Positions 35,939 through 49,656 of a stretch of DNA of 64,000 bases are shown piece by piece. Numbering within the stretch: position 1 is the stretch's first letter; every line of letters starts with the position of its first letter. Both the position numbers and the translations under genes were made by a program. The stretch lies in assembly GCA_026026165.1 (NCBI GenBank), contig JAPEUD010000040.1:62001-126000 (forward strand). Direction: 5' to 3'. Below the pieces are notes generated by a model that was not told where the DNA came from, made no database searches, and was given only the letters and a program-made list of their open reading frames with translations. Source of the stretch: Sarea resinae (taxonomy: Eukaryota).

Positions 35939-38450
35939 CTATTCGAACAGATCCTTCTCTACCAAGTTTCTGCAGATCGGGTGATAGAAGTCTTTGTTCT
36001 TTTCGAAGGTTTTGATCGCAAGATCTCGGTCCACAATTTTGAGCTGCCGGAAGCTGTAGATTTCATGTCAGTCCAATCGTCCATGACACAACAGTGCAGG
36101 AAATCTTACAGTGGTCGCACAAACTTCATTCTTCCAACGCGGCCAAGCAGATCGGCGGTTGGCTTATAGACGGCCGAGTCCTTGGCCTTTAGCCCTACAC
36201 CGAAGAAACGACTGACGACTTCGACGTTTTGGCTCTCAGCAAAGCCATATTGCTTTCCCATGACTTCGACGTCTTCCTTTCTCAAGGGCTTCTCGAAAGT
36301 CTGAATCTTCTCAAGGAAGACGACGACTTGATTGGCAGACCAGCCATCAATATCGCTCCGAGTAGGTTTGAAACCTTTGCTGTCGCCACCTTTTGAGAGA
36401 TTTTCCCATTTGTCCGCAAGTTCGTAGCAAACGTCAACCATGGATGTGTCAAAATTCGGCTTCGGAGGAAACCCTGGCTTGTAGAACCAAGTATCCCAAT
36501 CCAATTCGTTCAGCGACTTCGAAGCCGAAGGATCGGAAGCGAAGAAGTCTAACAGGCAAGCTTTGAAGTCATATGAGTCAAGAGACTTTTGCTTGAACGT
36601 CGTGAAGTACTACAGCACTGTCAGTACCTGAATATCTGAATGGCCGGGTAGCTAAATTTCCGCGTACATGGGGAATAAACCTGTCCCACTTTTCTATCCC
36701 CAAAAGCTTCTCGAGGTAGTAAAGGAATGTAAAGCCTTTTTCGTACGGGATGCTGGAGAAAGCGTCATCGGGATCTTTGCCCTTGAGATCAACGATCAAC
36801 TTAGTGAAGTCGTGATCCTCTCCGAAGTTGGCAATGGAGTCTGACAGCGCCTTCCAGCCTATAATAGCGGAAAAGTCCCGATGGGGCTCCCCATGTCTAA
36901 AGGTTGGAAGGTTAGGATATCTTCTTGCAAAGTATACGCTCCTACTTACATGGCGCCTTGGATCTACAAAGCGGTCAGCTTTCGCGAAAGAGCATGTCAA
37001 GTGGTCAGCTTACACGTCGCTCCAGATAGGTGGTCCAGCCCTCATTCAGCCAAAAGTGTTCCCATGATGCGTTGCTAACGAGATTACCGCTCCAGCTGTG
37101 AGACAATTCGTGCGCTATGACATCGATGTTTTCTCGATCCTATGGAATATTCAGCGGTTGTTCCCTTCAGAGAAAGAAATAAAACATCACGAAGAAGCTC
37201 GAATATGAGCCGTTGTGAAGCAAAGGAATGCCAAATACTCACCCCAGAGATAATGGTCGGTGTAGCAAATGTGAAGATAGGGTTTTCCATGCCACCATAT
37301 GGAAAGCTTGGGGGCAGGACAAGAACGTTGTACGTTGTCCAAGCATAGGGATAAACAATTTTCTGTCACGAAGTCAATGCCCGTCAGTGGGTCTCAGATC
37401 CCGATAACGTACTTCTGCAGCTTCAAGGAAATGCTCCATGTCGTCTTCGAGTTCCCACTTCGAGCCCTGAATCTCCTCAGGCCCAGTCCAAACTGTACTT
37501 CGAGGGCCTATGGAAGCGCTGGCAAGATCACTATGGCAGGTCAGCGATGCCGAATGCCTCAAGCCTGAAACAAGAGAACAAACCCGCTTGCAAGTGCGAA
37601 CAGATAGCTTGGCATTGGAATTTCTTGCTTGAATGTGTACAAGAGGGTACCAGGGTTGCCATCTTGACCGGGCTCGAAGCATTTCGAGCCGGTAGGTAAG
37701 CCACTAGCTAGTACTGGCAAAGGAGATCGGATGTGGAAATCGTAGGTTGATTTGACATCAGGGGTGTCTTGGCACGGGAAGAGGCTCCTCGCATGAATAG
37801 CCTGGCATTGGGAGACTGGGTAAAAACGTCAGAACAGCGTACGGTCATATCACCGACAACCCTTCGCAATCAATCATCGCTCTGCGTTGTATCCCGAGCA
37901 TTCCCGTTCTCCTCGAGCAGGGTCTGGAAGAATGATTGTACAATAGGGTCATGTTAGCTTACACATGTACGGATGCTTTTTGTTTGACGTCTGCGCCGGC
38001 GTGAGCCATTGTAAAGCGGTACATTCCTTCGTGGTAGATAGAGATATCTAGAATACAGCAATTCTCCATCAGCCTCGACTCTTTGATCCATGACCGAGTT
38101 TGTAATCTGGCGCGCTTGTTACCCACATCGACCTCCACCGCATCTCCTTCACCAAAGCCCTTGTCGAACTTGATGGAGAGCGCGCTTCCGTAAGGTTCGA
38201 ACCTCGAGAGTAATTCCCATTTTGGGTTTCCACCGTTCACCGTGACGCTTTTAACGTCCAAGAAGCTCGTATCAAGCAAAATCTCGCGGGGTTTGGCATC
38301 CGAGATGGTCTTCAATTGGAGGATTACATTTCCGTGTAGGAGTTTCTTGTTGAAATCGATATTGAAATTGGCCGTCGTATGGGTGGTCCTGAAGTTATTA
38401 TAATTGGAGAGAGTGTTGGGGTCGCGCGGGGTATTGATCGTGCCTGCCAT
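35939..38450 (-). CDS. LAP2: Leukotriene A4 hydrolase / M1 leucyl aminopeptidase, multi-exon
   Basis: [38 protein letters not shown] (HEXXH), [29 protein letters not shown]. Confidence 0.93.
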
Positions 38451-38854
38451 TCTGCGGAAGATGGTCGATTGTGAAGGTAATAGAGTCGTCGAGGTCGAGG
38501 TCGAGGTCGGGGCCCAACTCTTAATGAAGTCTTTGGCAATACTCACGGCCCAGAGTCCTTTCATGTCCTTTCAGGAAGGCTGTTGCTACTAAGAGGTAGG
38601 AAAGTAGGTACTAGGTATCAATCAGAATGAACGCTGTATCGACCAGCCATTGCTACGAATAGAAGGTGCAAATCCATCGCGCGGCTACTCGCGGCGTTGC
38701 GGCGTTTCCCGCGGGCGGCATCCCGCATTTCCACCTTCCATCTGATTAGGATGTATGTTGATCACATTCGAGTGTCACCACCACGCTCCCAAATCCCCCC
38801 ACCTTGTTCAATTCCATCAACGCTTGACCTGCAGCCAGACCACAGCAGCCGAAG

Positions 38855-40550
38855 ATGTCTAGACATCCAGAGAAAGTCCGTATCAAGAGAAAGAAGGATG
38901 AGGAGCCCGTGGACTCTCTCTGTACGTCCATAGTCCGCAAGACTCACGTTGCGCATACTGACTACCTGGCAGACGTCCAGACTGAACACCAGCAAAAGAA
39001 GCGGCGCTTCACAGACTTTGTCTTTCGTCGCATTCAAGAAGACGAAGATGATGTCAGCTTCGCATCCTCTATCCATTCGCAGTCGCCCAAGAGCCCACGC
39101 AACATCAAGCGTGCAGTCAGTAACCAAGTGAGGACAGGCATTCCAGCCATCCGTACCACATTGCCAGGAGAAGAACTTGAAGAAAACAATGGCAGAGCGC
39201 ATGCTACTGACAGGAAAGGTACCGCAAGCCCGTCGCTCACTGTCGAGTCGATTCCAGGACCAGACAGGAGCATGAACGCCTCGCCTGCCCTCAGCACAGC
39301 TTCTTCTGGGTTTAGGTCCACGACATCTACAGGCCAGCCTCGTCGCTTTCATTTGCACAAGTCTGCATCTGCAATCTTCCTTCGTGGGCAGGCCGGCAGT
39401 GCACAGAAGCGTAAGAGGGGTCAGAAGAGCGAAGTGGCTGTCTTAGTGGAGAAGGATAGACAGCTGCGGACACCAACCAGTACACTCAGTCTTCTGGGGT
39501 TACCTAGCAGAAATCCACCATCTGAGGACAAGGTTGACATGTCGCGCAAGAGCCCAGTAGTTGACTCCTCACAAAAAGGCACGGAGGCCGACACCGTTGT
39601 TCAAGTGTCCGATGACAAGCCAATTACAACTCCGGCTCGGAAGAGGCCCCTAGCCAGTGCGGCCGAGAAGCGTTGGAGGGAGGAGAACTGGAAAGCGACG
39701 ACGCCAAGCAAGACGGATCAAAGAAAATTCCCGGAGACCGGGCAGACAATCGACTCGGACCCGAAGCATTGGGACACAAACTCCCTCCTCCTTGCAGAGC
39801 AGCTAAATCAGATCGTCCTGGACGAGTTTGGCGGAGCCAGTAAAGAGAGAAGCTGCGAGGCCAACGAACCTGTCCCGTTGCCGCCAACCCGAAAGGCGCA
39901 ATCCAAACTCCGAGTTCAACCCAAAGTACCCATCCAGCGCTATCGGGACCGTCACCCCGCGCCAATTCCCAAGAATGCCACCCCTGATCCAGACAAGATG
40001 GAGACGACTGACGATGAAAGCGAAACGGAATACGTCTATGACACCTATGTACGGCACGCTGAGAATTCAAGCATGGATATCGACGCGCCGGAATTGGCTG
40101 ATGATAAGGTTGGCTTGCTCGTCATCACGGAGGAAGAGCACCCGGTCTGGGAGGCCTTCGCTTCAGACGATGAAGAAGAGGAGGAGGACTACAACAGCGA
40201 CGAAGACGATGAAAATGGTATGTATTTTTGTTTTCTATCTGCTTTACCTCTTTGTCGCCATCATTCTCCTCCACTTATTTCCATCGCATCTCTCTAATCA
40301 TCTTACAGCCGAGAATTACTATGGCGCCGACTATCCCGAAGACGAAGTCGCGTCCGACGACGAACAAGGCGAAGGCGCCTACCATTATCGCAAGGCAGCA
40401 TCAGACGACGAAGAATTTGACCAAGACACCGGTGCGTGGAGCGACGAAGCCGACGAGGAATCTGATCCCCGCTACCCCTGGAAACGCAATCCGTGGGACA
40501 CCCACTCGGGACCCAACCAAGAAGCTGACGATATGGATGAGGAAGCATGA
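38855..40550 (+). CDS. IWR1: Iwr1-domain protein (RNA polymerase II nuclear import), 3 exons
   Basis: N-terminal PEKVRIKRKKDEEPVDSLY, EYVYDTY, acidic DEDDEN|AENYYGADYPEDE motif across an intron. Confidence 0.8.
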
Positions 40551-41931
40551 AGCCTGCCTTCAGCGAGCTGTGTGTCTGTTTGGAGGCCGCTTAGGCTGGT
40601 GTCGGGCAGAGGCATTCTTTATGCCAATTCTGTGCCACTTTTCTGGGGTCGGCGCGCTTTCATTACCTCCACTTTCTTTCTTGAGTCTACACCTTTTCAT
40701 CTTGTTTACGGTGCATTACAAGTTGTCTCTATGGTACGATTCTAGGCCGGTGTTTCGTAAGCTTGGAAGATTTTGAAGTCGTTATTATTGGTATTTGCAA
40801 CGGGTATGGACAACGGATACAGATGCGTTTACGGCTACGGGTATTCATATGGGCCCTGGTTATAAGGTATGGATAGGATCATCAAACCATTGCATTTTCA
40901 TCATCATAGAAAGGCGTGCGCGTGTGCGTTACGGATGGTGGCGAATCAACTATAGTGATATGGATACGTGTATCTCTCCCTACTCGTCATACCTTCTAGA
41001 TAGCACAAATTTAAAGAAACGGTTATTGTCTCGCAACTGATGCGACAACAATCCATCGTCACCAGGAGGAATTGCTCTATTCCCGAGTAGCGCGATTTCA
41101 GGTAAGATACCTGTTGAGCTACTGTACTTATCAATCTCGGTTTGACGTCTGAGCGTCTTAGCAAATCGCAGGATAAGGCCCGTTACCGTTATAGAGTATT
41201 TCCTGCTGGGCATAGCCCACTTTATCAACAAGGGCGACGACGACGACGCACAAAAGAGCGAGAGCATAAGTGAATGTATGGGTGAGCGAATGCGTGCGCC
41301 AGCTAAAATGACTGAACAGAAGAACATATGCGTGAGCAAAAACGAGAGGAGAATTCAAAAACAGCTAAAGCAGATAGCCTCCACTCCCCATTTCTTTTCT
41401 TTTTTTCCTAGTCGTATCATCAAGAATTGCAGCGCTAGCCACCATATGCAGTTTACCTTGTCCCAAACCGAGAAGCAGATCGACCTCCCAAAGATATCGT
41501 AAGCCGTAAGAGCTTCCGTACATTCGCTATGCTAAGACGCAGAAATAGCCACCGAACAAGATCAGAGACAAAAGAAAGAAAGTTGATGACCAAGCCGCCA
41601 TGGCAGCGTTGCGGGAAGGTGGTTGAAGATGGATCGGCAAACAACAGTGCATGTTAGGATTCCGACTTTTGAGGGGTTCGAATTCGAGCGGTGTCTGGAC
41701 GAGGATCATGAGGGAGACTGCTTGAGCATCTTCTGCAGCGATTATTGATTGAGAACGATCGAATCAGTCGAGACAAAGCCCGCTGATCGGTGGGAGGGAT
41801 CCATAATGACAGTGGCCACAGGATCGCTCGTGGCAGTGTCGTATCAAAGCCCGATCTCTATCGTGGAAACTAGTAGTTATAAGCACTTTTCAAACAGAAG
41901 GGAAAGCACGGGTAAATCGACTGCAGAGGCC

Positions 41932-42516
41932 TTACAGTTGAGGTTGAGACATCCAAGCGTTTCGAATCCAGGGGTAATATATTCCCTTCTTCGACTCGAG
42001 CAGGCCAAATCTGGCGTAGCGGGACTCGTTCGCTATTCTTTGCCGCTTTCTGATTGGTTTGATCCCGTTTTGCTTGAGATGACGGTAGTAGCGGCATTGG
42101 AGGCCCTGACGAGGCCGATGTTCGTTGAAGTATGTGTTGAAGCGTTCGACGACCCCGTCGCCGAAATTGCCAGTTGCTGGGCGACCTTCCCAAGGCTTCT
42201 TCATGTCGACTCTCCAATACCAGATGAAGTCGTTCTGCTCTTCGTCATATGTCTGTCTGGGAACACGCCCGGTGGTGGAAGGCGTCATGGATTGGTTGCT
42301 CGGGGACGGAGACGCTCGAGGGGTGACGCTCGCATCACTCATATCAGAATGGGATGTCGATGAGGCTGGTGAACTTGGACATCGCAAAAAGATTGTCAGG
42401 GCAGAGTTGGTCGAGTCCGCCGTGGGGTCCACGAGGCTGTCTATAGCCATTTTTCTTCGAATATCTTCCGGGGTGGTGATATCGCTCGAGTGGGGTGGTT
42501 GCTTATTGCATTCCAT
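41932..42516 (-). CDS. Small Myb/SANT-like putative DNA-binding protein
   Basis: PRQTYDEEQNDFIWYWRVD..W..VVERFNTYF..RPRQGLQCRYYR helix-turn-helix pattern after a Ser/Pro-rich linker; start uncertain. Confidence 0.6.
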   Translation of the reverse strand: MECNKQPPHSSDITTPEDIRRKMAIDSLVDPTADSTNSALTIFLRCPSSPASSTSHSDMSDASVTPRASPSPSNQSMTPSTTGRVPRQTYDEEQNDFIWYWRVDMKKPWEGRPATGNFGDGVVERFNTYFNEHRPRQGLQCRYYRHLKQNGIKPIRKRQRIANESRYARFGLLESKKGIYYPWIRNAWMSQPQL

Positions 42517-43067
42517 GTTGTGCTGATAGAAAGAGGTAATGAATTAACACTTCGCTGATCGACCCATTAGCGTTGAGTAAGACAGGCATGGAGCGCTGGA
42601 AGGCTGTTTAAGGATCCCTCACCTCTACGTGATATCCGAAAGTTAATCTCAGAACGCTTGCAAATATCTAATAGACTATCATCATGGCGAAGAACAGAGC
42701 TAGAGCGTCTGAATATCGGCGTTTATAAGGTTTAATTTATGCCGCTGCCCAGGCAGGACCCTGAGCCCACCACAGGCATCAAAATAGTCTCACCTATCAT
42801 CGATCCATTCTAGCGCTTCAAGGATAGTCGTTCTGCAGTCGATCACTTATGATACCCGCCTATGCGTTTTGGCCTATATTCAGCGAATTCCTAGAAAGCC
42901 TGCCAGGGGACTGTGTTGTCATGTCATTGGGGTGATTCGTCGCAGCACCGACCGGCACCAAGCTGGGGCCGACCACCGAGCCTGTTTGTTGTGAACACGA
43001 CTCCTCGCGAAGCATACAACTCTTTGTGTCTGCGGCACATGTCGGGACAGGAGGTCAGGGTTTCTGC

Positions 43068-43556
43068 TCTTTGGTCACAACTACTCTCAATGAGCAGCCG
43101 CTCAGGGTACACCGTATGCAAGACTGAGTGGTCAGCCCTTTCAAGTATGAGAAGCCGACGGATCTCACCAATCAAGGACCGGCCGAAGTCGAGTTGCCAG
43201 AGGACCGAGGTCCCGTGCTCTTCAACACATGCATGGAATGATGCTACTGTAGATCGTCCAGGGCTTGTAGTTGGGAGGAATCCTTCTAGCGTGAATGAAT
43301 CTTATTGCCGAACTCATGAAAGGGGAATAATTCATTATACCGACAAGGATATCAGACGGATCGTAGAATCTTGCAGATAGATGACGGGAAGCGTTGGAAG
43401 CAAGCGCTTCGCGGATCGAGGGCTGTCCACTCCGCCCTAAACTCAAAGGATGTAACAAAGGCAATGTATCGTAAACATAAGCCTATAAAACCCTGCAGCC
43501 TTAGGATATTTGCGGATCCTGACGTGGACTTGGACTTCACTTGTCTAATACCGTGA
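43068..43556 (+). pseudogene. Degenerate BTB/POZ-domain gene relic
   Basis: The frame from 43068 reads SLVTTTLNEQPLRVHRMQD*VVSPFK..VELPEDRGPVLFNTCME*CY, matching the fungal BTB pattern VT..VH..SPF..LPED..F..WxY with two stops. Confidence 0.45.
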
Positions 43557-46500
43557 CAATACGGGTGCATCTCTAGTGAGATATTTAAGATCTCCGGCGA
43601 ATCGACCTGTACAAATTTAGGTAAGAAACTTTTGACGAGTTAAATCGTGGGGAACGTTAGCCGGTTGGGGCGAGACGCTGGACAGAAAGGAGATGCAGCC
43701 TTTCTCGAGGACCTTTAATGATAATGAAATGGTGCCTGTAAGTAGAATTTCCTTGATACGCCAACCTATCTCTTTGAAATGCTGCATATCTGCATTCAGG
43801 AGGCACGGTTTTGCTTGACAAACCTGCCCTTCGATAGTCAAAGGCAGTTCCAGAGCAAGGTCCATAGTATGCTCGGCAGTCTTGCCCTTCACAGGCGGCT
43901 GGACTAGAGTAGATTGACTAATCCGCAACCCTTGATAAGGCAGATTCGGTATCCAAAGTAGAGACGAGATTTACTGACGCTCCGATAGCCCACATTTGCC
44001 AACCCAGACATCTGGACAATTTCCTCGAAGGTTGCGGACGGAGATAGGTCGTAAGTAGCCGCGAGCTCCGAGAAGGGGCAATATTTTGGCTGGATATTGA
44101 CTGGCTTACCTAAATCATCGACGAACGGCTCCGGTACCTAGACCGAGATAAGGGGCTGGTCACTAATTCAGCTAGGGCAAGGCTGTTATATTCCGTGATA
44201 GCTTTTCCCGGGGTGAACAATAGCATGCTAGGGTGTCAGGCCAAATCGAGCCGAGCATTGCCTCATGGCTATAGCCAGTCACTTGTAGCCATCCAAGCGC
44301 CTGATTACCGGTCTCCCAGTGGGGTATGAGCCATGCCAAGAGGATGTGCCCCAGATCTGCAGATAGATGCTATCGCGGCCACAAGTCACAACGGTCTAGG
44401 GCGTTACGCTTGTGGTAAATTACCGCCATGATGGCTGAAACGTTGCTCCAAGTTCCCGTCTCTGCGGCGCGGCAGAAACAGTGCGCGATGGTCCGAGATG
44501 TTCACGATTCTTCTTCTCGGCAACGGAAGATCCCATTGAGGTCAATAAGGAGTCATAGTCGGCGTTTATACATGTTATTTCACAGAAGCTTTCCGTTTAG
44601 CAGTCATTCGGCAGAAGATGCTGACGATATTTTGACGGGCAAACCGGCCGTGCCCGTGCCCCTTCCCGTTCCCGTTCCCGTGCCCGCGCCGTACACCGCT
44701 TGTTGCTGTAATCGGCAAGGCGCAGATCAAGAGGTCGTCCTCCTGCCGGAACAATGACGAAAAATGCACGTTGATTGCTCTAGAAACCCATATTGTATGT
44801 GGTACCCGACTGCGAGACCGTTGGTCAAGCGGCAATTCTGATTCGGGGGACTCCGCAAGGAAGTCCTCTCCGATCCTCGTCTGGCGACAATCTCAATCCT
44901 ACTTTGCGAACCAGGTAGAAATTGGATTAGGTCTGCGAATGCGTCTCGCACTTATGTGGCGTGGTAGGCATCAGAATAGGACAAGCGAATCACAGCCGCG
45001 CCAGCGTCGATCAACTGTGGGGATATTTCAAACAGAGAAACCGACGGACTGGTAGTCTTCGTATTCCAGTCCACTCTATGTGCTGATTTGAGAGAGCACA
45101 TTAGGCAGTACTCCGGAGTATGAGAACAAGCAAGTGGGGATAACTGAGCCGGGTTGATGGCTATCACCATGAAAGGAAAGATGTTCGTGCTGGGCGCAGG
45201 CATGCATGCGGGTGTTCCAGAAAGCCGGGTCCAGAGACTGCCCCAGCCCGTGTTCAGGTTGTCCAATGGCTGTCTGTCTGCTGATGACCCCACGAGATCT
45301 AAGCGGCGTAAGCGATACCCCATAGCAGATGGTCTGTTATTCTGCGGCCTTGAGCCAATCGAGAGCGAGTATTAGGCTGGTTGGCTCCTCCCACTGCGCC
45401 AATCTGCAACGTCAAAAGCACATTCATTCAGAGTACACCCGCCGTGCCAGCTTGACAGCAATATTTCCACGATCGCAGGAACGGGAATAGAGACTCTCAT
45501 CATATTGCATTAGCCCCTAAGACCATGGGCCATACATGAAGCCACGTAGCTGCTCGAAGCGCGGCTTCCTCTCAAGCGTATCTGTGAATTGGACGGCGGA
45601 TCATCTCCCTCTTAAGGGAAGGCCTCGGACGACGTGTCTACTTCTTCTTACAAGGTAGCCTGATTATTGTCCCATCAATATGGTCGAGTGTGCTTGGATG
45701 TTTTCGAACCTGGTAAAATAGGAACAAGAGAATCCAGGCATGGTTAAGAGCTTATCAGCAGCTAGCATTCCTTTCGATCATAGGTATCGACTTTCAAACC
45801 TCACGCAATTACCTCAGTCCAAGTCAGTCATGGGGGCCCCTGTAGCTACTTACGTATGATCAAGATTTCTGCCTTCCCTAGCCTTTGTCTACTCCGGAGT
45901 AGCTGCAAAAGACTCGTCGCATCCACCCCTCTAACGCCGCCGCAAGCGCGGAGTCAGCGGCCCACTCACGTGCAAGCGACCAACCGAATCGAAGAGTCCG
46001 CCGTAAGGCTCGATAGCCATTATTCAACTCCACATTGGTCTACCTTCAGATTCGTCAGTATCATCTTCTGCACTCATATATGAACGCGTTAGGGCGTTCG
46101 ATTGTTGCATGATTCTTGCCAAAGATTCCCTTACATCTGATGTCCTGTGTGAAGATCGCCGGCGAATCCCATCTTTCTGACTCCCCAACGACACCCCCTA
46201 ATTTCCCAATGCCCTCGGTGGGTGCACCATCAATTGATAGAGGACCTTTCAAAGCAGTGCCCGCAATCATCTATTCGGGAATCAAAGTCAAGTATAGCAA
46301 GTAGCAAATCTCATTCTGCTGGTTCCGAGACGTGAATGTCCTGGTCACAGCGTATCCCCATTCCGTGAGGAGATGGAGTGGCGCTAGGCGGTCCGCGGAT
46401 GGCCCGAACAATCTACATTTCCAAGGCCTAATCTCAATTGCTAGGGCATTCATAATCACTCCTCATTCATGATCCAGCCTTCAACAAGTGGTTGTAGGGA

Positions 46501-47338
46501 AGGCGAACGAGGCTTTCGGCCCTGAGGCGGAGCGTTGAAGAAATCTCTTAGCGGTCCAAAGCCTTTCATGCTTACGCCTCTGTCTTTGGTATCATTAGAT
46601 GCTGAGCAATAATCTGCCACAGGCTCTGCTTACCTTGGAAGATGTTGCATCGTTTACGTTCGAGGCGACGTTCCTGCAGTCGTTCTAGCAGCTGCGACGT
46701 TCATCTCATCTTCAAGAGGAGCTTGCACATGAGACGGCCTGAGTCTCTCGATTGAGAGCAAAGAGCATCCATCTCTAGTATAGTGTTGAACGAATATAAG
46801 CAGAAGATGGAAGGACTTCAGCATCCAGTGTCGCTGCCAGATCTGAAATTGTTCGATGATGTGAGGTTCCGAACCGCAAGGCTGAAATCCTCATTACCTT
46901 GTCCATGGTAGGGCATGCAAGTAAGGGTATTGTATTGACGCACGAAGATTGTTATAGACTGCGAGAGTTGCCTGATGATGCATTTAAAGGGTTGCGTACC
47001 TCATTTTTGATGACATCGTGTGCGTCGCGATTACTCGTTTCGAAGGAGAGAACGTTTTCATTCATCGCCCTTCTGTTCAAGTCTTCACGCATGGACTCAA
47101 GTCTTCCAATTGATTCTCTTCCGCTCCACTGCTCACTTTCATTTCTTTGAACCTCCTCACCCTCGAGCATCTTCCATCTTCAACCCACCGGGCTCCCTTC
47201 TCGCTTTTGGCGATCAATTTTCAGATCATCATTAACACAAAGCATCCTTTCGATGTCCGTCAACACCATAATTATCTGAGTCCATATAACTTCATACGAG
47301 GTCAAAAGAGCCGGTGCACACAACAGCTTCTGTCCACG

Positions 47339-49656
47339 ATGGCGACTGATCGGCCTAAGCTAGTTGAGGAGTTGAATTCAGCCTCATTGGATCAGATGAT
47401 CCTGGAGAATCTCAATGCTTTCACTATCTCAAAACCCTCACCGCGACCATGGAAGACCCTACCGAAGCCGATCATTCGTACTAAAGTCAATGAGGTCTCC
47501 AAGGCTGCTCAATCTGGTAATGTGGAGCCTTCTGCATCTATGGCGACAATTTCGGATCTTTCCTCCAAAGAGGCTGGCAGCAAGTATGCAAGCTCCGTGG
47601 CCCTGGCTTCCACGAATCTGCACGCTCATCTCCCGCCTCATCAACGTCCGAGCCGAGGGGAAACAACTCAACCACGACTTGCGGGGCTGAGCCAGACTGC
47701 GCCGGCCAAAGACGGTTCTAAGAATACTAGGACTGCGTCCAGCATCGCGGACTCGGTTGAAGCTCGTCCCATGACAGTTCGTGCCGAGCATGAGCCTCTC
47801 CAGAAGTTGGCCGAGCCTAGCATGAAGGTCCATCTTGCTACACTAAAGACGCCGGAGTCCTCTGAGGCGAAGTCTGCTGCTCCTGCCAGCTTTTCGAGGC
47901 CTGCCACCGCCAATAGTGATTCGAAGTCAGAGACAGCCGAAGAACGCGCTCGCCGACTCAACCCCGCCGCCCCAGCCTTCACGTTAAAGGAAAACATCAA
48001 GCCAGGTTCTCATCTGGTCAGCAATTCTTTCACGGGCGAGAACTCATCTGCATCCTCTCCGAAGCACGACCTCTTTGCCCATAGCGCGGGCTTGAACTCC
48101 AGCATCCATGCGCTCAACAAAGGTCATTCTTCGAGCAAGACTCAACTTCCACCAAGTACAAATGCCTGGCATGATTTTATCACATCCCGGAAAGTTCCTA
48201 GCAAAGATGCCTCGTTCCCTTCCAGCAGAACCCAGAGTGTTGCAAGCAAAGATCCTGCACTTGAGACCACCTTTACTATGGAAGGCTTGAAGGACATTGG
48301 TAAAGATGTTGGCAAAGGAAAGACTCCAGATCTTTCGGAACAACTTATCATCAATCGTCTCACAGAGGATGTCTCTGACAAACCTGCTTTTGCTATGGAC
48401 ATCAAGGAAACATCTTCGGCACTTACGATTGCCGCAGGCAACAATGCCACCAGCCGGCCGACTCTTGAAATTGATGTCTCCAATGCTTTCCCAACGGCAG
48501 CGAAACTCTCGCCAAGCAATAATCCCACCGACACTCTGACTCCTATGATTGAGGCCAACAAGGCATCTCCAACGGCATCCGCTCTTGCTACGAACATCGT
48601 TCGCGAGAATCCGTCTACGTCAAAGCTCTCATCTCCGATGGCTCCCACTTCCACTGGCCAGGAGAACTTGGCACGGGTCCGCAAGGAACTTCCGGAGAGC
48701 AAAGTTGGGTACAGCACCACGTTCGGCGCATGGCCAAAGCCTCAGTCACGACTATTAAAGAGTGATCCGTCTCGTCAGACTAGTCTAGGTGCCATCATAA
48801 CTGCAACTCCTGAATCAATAGCTGCTGCCAAGGCTTCAAAGGACCGATTCAATGTTGAGACCGAGAATGAGCTACGCTTTAAAGCGTGGCCAAAGCCGGA
48901 GGACAGAGAGACGTCGCGTAAGCTGTCTCCATCAATATTTACTCTGTCATCAGGCTGATGATCGCATTTACAGCGGCTCGTATTCGTCGAGTCACTCTGA
49001 CTAATCTCCCACCGAACTCGAATTCCACCTTGATTCAGTCTCTTGTATTTCACGGCTCCATCGAAGCGATCCTATACACTGCTGGTAAATCCTCCGCCCA
49101 AGTATTTTTCCTCAACCCAGAAGACTGCAAGAAATACTATGATGATACTGCCAACGGTATCGTCATCAAAATTCCGGGAATGGACAAAGAGCACGTCGTC
49201 TTCGTCCAATTGGCAGAGGAGGTTGACGTCGTTGGTAGCCTTGTGAGTCAGCTCGTCCAGACGGGGGCTACTCGCTGCGTTCGCGCTATTGGTGTTGGTC
49301 AGGAATGGGGCATCTCAGAGCTGGAGAATCTCGCGTCCCAGAAGGGTAGGAAACTGGAACATGTCGAGATTGGCAAGTCTTCTTCTGGGGTATGTTAGTC
49401 TTTTAGGGTGAAAACTACGATGGAATCTAATTCGCCCTATCTTCAGGCCCGCAAAGTCACGTTCCGTTTCTGCAGTATCCAAGACGCCGTGAGGTTCAAG
49501 GGCATATTGGCCCGCGACGAGGACTGGGAGCCATGCAATATCCATTTCAGCTCTGATCCGTAAGTCAATTGGTCATGAATAAGTTTTCAGAGTGAGCAAC
49601 TGATCAGATGTGATGATTATAGATGTGCCAAGGCTACGGCCGTCCATATGAATTAG
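47339..49656 (+). CDS. Protein with a long disordered N-terminus and C-terminal RRM-like domains, 4 exons
   Basis: RRVTLTNLP..GSIE..AQVFFLNPEDCKKYY, GATRCVR, FRFCSIQDAVRFK..WEPCNIHFSSDPC. Confidence 0.75.

Noticed and set aside
46400..47170. Possible minus-strand gene fragments upstream of the RRM gene
   Set aside because: Short, stop-interrupted frames with no recognisable domain; a relic cannot be excluded
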